Below are positions 58,504-64,000 of a stretch of 64,000 nt of DNA, piece by piece. Position 1 is the stretch's first letter. Each line of letters begins with the position of its first letter. Under the pieces are notes generated by a model. The model saw only the letters and a list, made by a program, of their open reading frames with translations, did not search any database and had not been told where the DNA came from. The DNA is from an uncultured Arcobacteraceae bacterium (GTDB lineage Bacteria > Campylobacterota > Campylobacteria > Campylobacterales > Arcobacteraceae): assembly GCA_964633845.1 (NCBI GenBank), contig CAZWLA010000001.1:31300-95299 (forward strand), read 5' to 3'. A program made the translations under genes and the position numbers.

Positions 58504-58968
58504 ATGAAAAAGATTCTATTATTAATATCAATGGCATTATTTTTAAATGCCCAAGATGGTGTAAAAAAACTGGCTTTGGATTTAACAACTGGTGATATTA
58601 AAAAAATTGAGAGAAAAGTATTATCAGGGACTGTAAAGCATAAAAATTATTATGAAGGTAAGCTTGAAGAGTTGGAAGTTGCGATTGTTATTCATGGTGC
58701 TGCATATAGATTTTTTATAAAGGATCTATCATCTACACCATATAAAGATGAGAAATCACTTATAGAAGCACAAGTTGATTTGCAAAAAAGACTAAGAGCA
58801 TTAAGTGAAATATATGAGGTTGAATTTTATGCATGTGCATCTGGATTGAAAAAGCTAAAGATTGATCCTAGTAATATAGTTGATTTTGTGACACTATCCC
58901 CTACATCAACAATAGTATTGATTGATAAACAAGATGAAGGGTATGCATATATACCTATATCTGATTAA
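58504..58968 (+). CDS. Exported DsrE-superfamily protein (COG1416 / MTH1491-like), paralog of 57068
   Basis: 154 aa. Signal peptide, FYACASGLKKL conserved-Cys motif, C-terminal DEGYAYIP. Confidence 0.65.
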   Translation: MKKILLLISMALFLNAQDGVKKLALDLTTGDIKKIERKVLSGTVKHKNYYEGKLEELEVAIVIHGAAYRFFIKDLSSTPYKDEKSLIEAQVDLQKRLRALSEIYEVEFYACASGLKKLKIDPSNIVDFVTLSPTSTIVLIDKQDEGYAYIPISD

Positions 58969-58977
58969 GGAACCAAT

Positions 58978-59427
58978 ATGAAGAAATTTTTTTTAAGTAT
59001 TTTATTTATTAGTACACTGCTAGTAGCTTCAAATACACATAAAGATAAGCTATTAGAAGAAGCAAAAAAAGAAGCAGGTGAAATAAGTCCAGCTATTTTA
59101 AAAAAAATGATTGACAAAGAAGAAGCTGTAGTAATGCTTGATGTTAGAGAGAGTGAGCAGCGAGCTGAAGGACAAATATATGCTGATGACACATATTCAA
59201 TTACAAGAGGAAATCTTGAGTTTTATGTAGGAAATAAAATCAAAGATAAAAATATAGTAATTGTTACATATTGTAGGGGTGGAAGTAGAGGTGCATTAGC
59301 TGCACAAACACTTAGACGCTTAGGATATAAAAATGCTACAAATCTTAAAGGGGGATTGAAGGCTTGGGCAAAGGCTGGTTATCCAATTGAAACAGGCCTT
59401 GGTATTATTAATCTAGCAAAAGAATAA
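58978..59427 (+). CDS. Exported single-domain rhodanese (sulfurtransferase)
   Basis: 149 aa. Signal peptide and active-site loop VTYCRGGSRGALAA (CxxGxR). Confidence 0.8.
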   Translation: MKKFFLSILFISTLLVASNTHKDKLLEEAKKEAGEISPAILKKMIDKEEAVVMLDVRESEQRAEGQIYADDTYSITRGNLEFYVGNKIKDKNIVIVTYCRGGSRGALAAQTLRRLGYKNATNLKGGLKAWAKAGYPIETGLGIINLAKE

Positions 59428-59438
59428 GGAATTAAATT

Positions 59439-59702
59439 ATGAATAGATTTATACAAAATTCTATAATAGTTGTATCTGCTTTAGTTTTTACTTCGTGTGC
59501 AAATATTGAGATGGGATTTGAAGAAGATAGCCCATTTTATTCTGCTCCAAATAAAGAAATAATAGAGGCTAGAGAGGATAGCCAATTTACTAAAAATGTT
59601 ATTAATAGAAAACATGATAAACTATCAACAATAAATATTAGAAAAACAAATAATAACGAGGAAAATGAAACTACATTTTATTATGAATTTGTAGAGGAGT
59701 AA
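59439..59702 (+). CDS. Small lipoprotein, hypothetical
   Basis: 87 aa. Lipobox VFTSC. No recognisable domain. Confidence 0.5.
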   Translation: MNRFIQNSIIVVSALVFTSCANIEMGFEEDSPFYSAPNKEIIEAREDSQFTKNVINRKHDKLSTINIRKTNNNEENETTFYYEFVEE

Positions 59703-59733
59703 TCTTTAGTTTATATTGTAAAAAGGGATAAAA

Positions 59734-61452
59734 TTGATTTATAAAAGATTGTTAGTCTTATTGGTATTTTTAAGTTCATTAGTAAATGCCTCAAATAGTT
59801 TTTTAATGCCAGATCAGGCTTTTAAAACTTCACTAAATACAACAAAAGATACAATTGTATTTAATCTAGAATTAGCAGATTCTATATATATTTATGATGA
59901 GCAATTAGTAATTAATATTATACAAAATGATAAAACAACTGATATTACAAAACAATTAAATATACCTAAATCTCAAGAATATCATGATACTCAAGTGCAC
60001 TTTGGAATATTAAATATAAAAGTTCCTAGTATTTTAATTCAACAAATCACAAACAATAATGATGCTACAGTTGAGTTTAATTTTCAAGGATGTTCAAAAG
60101 CTGGTCTTTGTTATCAGCCCATGACAAAAAGCATTGAATTTAAAGGTGAAAAAGTTGCTGTACTTAAACCAGTCAAGGAAATAAAAAGTGAATCAGGATT
60201 AATAGTAGATACATTTAGTAATGGAAGTATATTTTTGGTACTACTTACATTCTTTGGATTTGGATTGCTACTGGCACTAACACCTTGTGTATTCCCTATG
60301 ATACCTATTTTATCTAGTATTATTGTATCTCATTCTACGAAAACTGGTAAAGAGATGGATGCTATGCAAGGATTAAAACTTTCATTTGTTTATGTATTAG
60401 CTATGTCTGTTGCTTATACAGTAGCTGGTATTATAGCTGGTTTATTTGGAGCAAACTTACAAGCTGCATTACAAAATCCATATGTACTAGTGTCATTTGC
60501 TGCTATGTTTGTAGCACTTGCTTTTTCAATGTTTGGTTATTATGAAATATCTATACCTACAACTTGGCAAACAAAGCTTGATAAATTATCACATGGTCAA
60601 GATGAAAATAAAGGCTATATGTCTGTAGCTGTCATGGGATTCTTATCAGCACTTATTGTTGGACCTTGTGTGGCACCACCACTAGCAGGTGCTTTAGTGT
60701 ATATTGGTCAAACAGGTGATGCACTACTTGGAGGAGCAGCACTATTTGTGATGAGTATGGGTATGGGAGCACCATTACTTTTAGTTGGAGCAGGAGCTGG
60801 TAAATATATGCCAAAACCTGGAGGATGGATGGATACGGTATCTAAAGTATTTGGTGTAGTGATGCTAGGTGTTGCTATTTGGATGCTTGAAAGAATTATC
60901 CCTATTGGGTTTACATTTATGCTTTGGTCATTACTGTTCTTTGGAGCTGGTATATACTTATTAAGAGCAGTGCATATGATTATATTTAAGATATTTGCCA
61001 CTTTATTAATTTTAATTGGTATTATTTTTGGTATTGGAATTGCTACAAAAGCTACAAATATTTTAAATCCTTTAGAAAATGTGATTGGTGAGAAAGTAGT
61101 GCATCTTGAATTTAAAAGAGTAAAAAGTGTAAAAGGGCTAGATGAGATTATTGCAAACTCTACACAGCCAATTATGCTTGATTTCTATGCTGATTGGTGT
61201 ATTAGCTGTAAAGAGATGGAACACGATACATTTAGCAATAAGAAAGTACAAGATAAGTTAAAAGGTTTTATTTTACTACAAGTTGATACAACAGCAAATA
61301 GTGATGAAGATAAAGCATTATTAAAAAAGTTTAATCTATTTGGACCTCCAGGGATTATTTTCTGGAAAGACAAAAAAGAGTTGAAAAATATTACAACAAT
61401 TGGATATAAAAGTCCTGAAGAGTTCTTAGAGATAATGGGACAAGAGTTTTAA
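59734..61452 (+). CDS. dsbD: Thiol:disulfide interchange protein DsbD (full length: alpha, TM and gamma domains)
   Basis: 572 aa. TTG start after AAAGGGA. Alpha-domain cysteines in GCSKAGLCYQP, TM cysteines LTPCVFPM and GPCVAPPLA, C-terminal thioredoxin domain YADWCISCKEME. Confidence 0.88.
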   Translation: MIYKRLLVLLVFLSSLVNASNSFLMPDQAFKTSLNTTKDTIVFNLELADSIYIYDEQLVINIIQNDKTTDITKQLNIPKSQEYHDTQVHFGILNIKVPSILIQQITNNNDATVEFNFQGCSKAGLCYQPMTKSIEFKGEKVAVLKPVKEIKSESGLIVDTFSNGSIFLVLLTFFGFGLLLALTPCVFPMIPILSSIIVSHSTKTGKEMDAMQGLKLSFVYVLAMSVAYTVAGIIAGLFGANLQAALQNPYVLVSFAAMFVALAFSMFGYYEISIPTTWQTKLDKLSHGQDENKGYMSVAVMGFLSALIVGPCVAPPLAGALVYIGQTGDALLGGAALFVMSMGMGAPLLLVGAGAGKYMPKPGGWMDTVSKVFGVVMLGVAIWMLERIIPIGFTFMLWSLLFFGAGIYLLRAVHMIIFKIFATLLILIGIIFGIGIATKATNILNPLENVIGEKVVHLEFKRVKSVKGLDEIIANSTQPIMLDFYADWCISCKEMEHDTFSNKKVQDKLKGFILLQVDTTANSDEDKALLKKFNLFGPPGIIFWKDKKELKNITTIGYKSPEEFLEIMGQEF

Positions 61453-61453
61453 T

Positions 61454-61849
61454 ATGTTGAAAAGTGTTTTAGTTAGTATATTATTTGTATCAACAGTTTT
61501 TGCTGGATCTATTAATTGGTCAAAAGACAATTTAGATGATACAATTAGTAGTACAAAAAATAAAAAGCAGAAAATTATAATGGCATATTTTTGGCAAGAA
61601 GGTTGTAATGCTTGTGAATATATGAGTGATAGAGTATTTGCAGAAGATGAGGTATCTGCATTTATAAATGAAAATTTTATACCATATAAAACAGATAAAT
61701 TAACATTTGATTATCCTGTATTTGCTTTTCCTGCTATATATTTTATTGGTGAAGATGAGCAAGAATTAGGGGAACCAATAATGGGTGCTAGAAATGCAGA
61801 TGAGTTTATGTTCATGATTGAAGAGATAAAAGAACAGTTTTCTAAATAG
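61454..61849 (+). CDS. Exported thioredoxin-fold protein (CNAC)
   Basis: 131 aa. Signal peptide and QEGCNACEYMSDRVF. It starts 2 nt after the dsbD stop. Confidence 0.72.
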   Translation: MLKSVLVSILFVSTVFAGSINWSKDNLDDTISSTKNKKQKIIMAYFWQEGCNACEYMSDRVFAEDEVSAFINENFIPYKTDKLTFDYPVFAFPAIYFIGEDEQELGEPIMGARNADEFMFMIEEIKEQFSK

Positions 61850-61867
61850 TAATAAAAGCTGTATATT

Positions 61868-61906
61868 AAAGCACTAGAGTCAATTTTGGCACTAGTGCTT
61901 TTTTTA
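61868..61906 (+). terminator. Intrinsic terminator closing the dsbD cluster
   Basis: AAAGCACTAG (61868-61877), 14-nt loop, CTAGTGCTTT (61892-61901), T-run to 61906. Confidence 0.7.
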
Positions 61907-61920
61907 TTTATTAAACTTAC

Positions 61921-61950
61921 TTGACAAACATACACTCAATTTGGTATAAT
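61921..61950 (+). promoter_or_regulatory. Sigma-70-type promoter of hrcA-grpE-dnaK
   Basis: TTGACA (61921-61926), 18-nt spacer, TATAAT (61945-61950) with upstream TGG (extended -10 like). Confidence 0.6.
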
Positions 61951-61952
61951 TT

Positions 61953-61979
61953 CTGGCAGTTTAATAATATGAGTGCTAA
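61953..61979 (+). promoter_or_regulatory. Degenerate CIRCE operator (HrcA site)
   Basis: CTGGCAGTT-N9-GAGTGCTAA. The right arm matches the CIRCE consensus GAGTGCTAA perfectly, the spacer is exactly 9 nt, and the left arm matches TTAGCACTC at 5 of 9. It lies between the -10 and the RBS of hrcA. Confidence 0.5.
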
Positions 61980-61994
61980 AAGGAGGATTGATTT

Positions 61995-62780
61995 ATGACA
62001 AAAAAAGATTTTTTACTACAATCAATAATTCAAGCATATATTAGAACAGATGAACCTATAGGCTCAACTGCTTTAAAAGATATGTATAATATCACTTATT
62101 CACCAGCTACAATAAGAGGTTACTTTAAAAAGTTAGGTGATGAGGGATATTTAGCACAAGAGCATATTAGTAGTGGTAGAACACCTACTACTGAAGCTTT
62201 AAAAGAGTACTGGGAAAGAAAGTTAGATTTTACTTTAGAGTGTATTGATTTTAATCAGCTTGAATATCTAGCATCTAAATTAGGACTTACAGTATTTGTT
62301 AAACAACAACTAAAAGATAAATTACAACGAGTTTTAAATATTGAAAATCTTTATATGATTTTAGAATTTGAAAGTTTTGCTATAACTATTAAGTTTAACT
62401 CTGCACTTTATAGATTTTTAGATGATATGATTGGTTTAGAGCCAAGTTCTATTATGAAAATTAGTAAGGAAGTAGGAGCAACACAACTTTATGAAGAGTT
62501 AGCAAATACTTTAGCAAATAGTGCATATGAGATTATTAATACAAAACAGTTCTTAAGACTTGCAGTTGATTACGATATTGATGAAACAATTATTAATAGT
62601 TTTTTAAATGGTCAAATACTTGAAAATATATCAGATGGTATATATTTTGAGCAACTTTTACCATCAGGTTTCATTGGTATTAATCATAGTACCAAGATAG
62701 GTGATACAGATATAAATATGTTTGTAGTTGGTCACCTATCAAAAGATTATGAATATTTTTATAAAAGGATAGCCGCGTGA
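61995..62780 (+). CDS. hrcA: Heat-inducible transcription repressor HrcA (short epsilonproteobacterial form)
   Basis: 261 aa. N-terminal winged helix (EPIGSTALKD...SPATIRGYFKKLGDEGYL). It is the first gene of hrcA-grpE-dnaK. Confidence 0.85.
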   Translation: MTKKDFLLQSIIQAYIRTDEPIGSTALKDMYNITYSPATIRGYFKKLGDEGYLAQEHISSGRTPTTEALKEYWERKLDFTLECIDFNQLEYLASKLGLTVFVKQQLKDKLQRVLNIENLYMILEFESFAITIKFNSALYRFLDDMIGLEPSSIMKISKEVGATQLYEELANTLANSAYEIINTKQFLRLAVDYDIDETIINSFLNGQILENISDGIYFEQLLPSGFIGINHSTKIGDTDINMFVVGHLSKDYEYFYKRIAA

Positions 62781-63373
62781 GCGAAGAGATAAAAAAAGAA
62801 AATGAAGATATTTTAGAAGAGGCAGAAGTTGAAGCAAGTGAAATTGTTGAAGAAACTGCCCAAATTGATGAGACAGAGAAATTTGCTAGCTTAGATGAAG
62901 AATTTAAAGCAAAAATGGAAGCAAAAGTAGCAGCTGCGGAAGCAAAAGCTACTGAAGCTGAAGATAAATTTTTAAGAACTCATGCAGATTTTGAAAATAT
63001 CAAAAAAAGACTTGAGAGAGAAAAATACTCTGCTATTGATTTTGCCAGTGAAAAGTTTGCAAAAGATCTATTAGCACCAATTGATGCACTTCAAATGGCA
63101 TTAATTTCTGCAAATGGAGATTTTGAAGCTGAACAAGTAGTTGATAAATTAAAAGAGGGTATTGAATTAACTGTAAAAGCATTTAATACAGCATTTGAGA
63201 AGCATGATATTACAGAAGTTGAATATGATGTATTTAATCCAGAACATCACAATGCTGTTATGAAAGTTGATAGTGAAGATGTTGAATCTGGACAGATTGT
63301 AATGGTTATGCAAAAGGGTTATACTTTAAAAGATAGACTGTTGCGTGAAGCTATGGTTTCAGTAGCAAACTAG
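62777..63373 (+). CDS. grpE: Nucleotide exchange factor GrpE
   Basis: 198 aa. GTG start overlapping the hrcA stop (GTGA). Acidic N-terminus, RTHADFENIKKRLERE, C-terminal beta domain. Confidence 0.92.
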   Translation: MSEEIKKENEDILEEAEVEASEIVEETAQIDETEKFASLDEEFKAKMEAKVAAAEAKATEAEDKFLRTHADFENIKKRLEREKYSAIDFASEKFAKDLLAPIDALQMALISANGDFEAEQVVDKLKEGIELTVKAFNTAFEKHDITEVEYDVFNPEHHNAVMKVDSEDVESGQIVMVMQKGYTLKDRLLREAMVSVAN

Positions 63374-63433
63374 TTTTGCTATTGACCGAGAAGTCAAAAA
63401 ACTATAATAAATTTTTAAATAATTAGAAAATAA

Positions 63434-64000
<567 letters not shown>

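Noticed and set aside
63382-63408. TTGACC...TATAAT pair between grpE and dnaK as an internal dnaK promoter.
   Set aside because: The spacer is only 15 nt and no CIRCE-like dyad accompanies it. dnaK is more simply explained as co-transcribed with hrcA-grpE.

Overview
This is an AT-rich chromosomal segment. Gene content and order fit a sulfur-oxidising, nitrate-respiring member of the Campylobacterota (Sulfurimonas, Sulfurovum or Arcobacter-like). That assignment is inferred from NifS/NifU-type Fe-S assembly, a futalosine-pathway radical-SAM gene, napL in the nap locus, tig-clpP-def and hrcA-grpE-dnaK. Most of the window is housekeeping:
- prfA (partial), rpsT, glmM, lspA and a four-tRNA operon (Pro-His-Arg-Leu)
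- rpsP-KH-rimM, ffh, waaA, recN, nadK, comM, def-clpP-tig, argH and nifSU
- rpsL-rpsG-fusA, plsY, folB, ilvA, atpB, dnaE, surE, mltA and psd
- hrcA-grpE-dnaK (dnaK partial) and a lone tRNA-Cys

Two respiratory islands stand out.

(1) A periplasmic nitrate reductase locus (23310-30499) has the order napA-napB, strong terminator, napG-H-F-L-D. Upstream lies a Cys-less Crp/Fnr regulator whose stop abuts the start of a membrane protein. That protein has a PilJ/NarX-type periplasmic domain but no recognisable output domain. An FNR/DNR-type box sits about 41.5 bp upstream of the predicted napA transcription start.

(2) soxXYZAB (51286-55253) is preceded by a three-gene sensory module: a membrane-anchored periplasmic sensor-like protein, an OmpR-type response regulator and a histidine kinase. 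An 11-bp-phased direct repeat lies in the sox promoter. Downstream come a porin and then an eight-gene, apparently all-exported cluster (56697-61849): Trx-fold protein, DsrE-like, tandem DUF302-like, DsrE-like, rhodanese, lipoprotein, DsbD and Trx-fold protein.

The exported cluster is the best candidate for an undescribed periplasmic sulfane-sulfur or thiol relay. The Crp/Fnr plus orphan-sensor pair is second. I saw no rRNA, CRISPR array, transposase, integrase or phage gene. All family assignments rest on motifs read by eye from the supplied translations. No database search was run.
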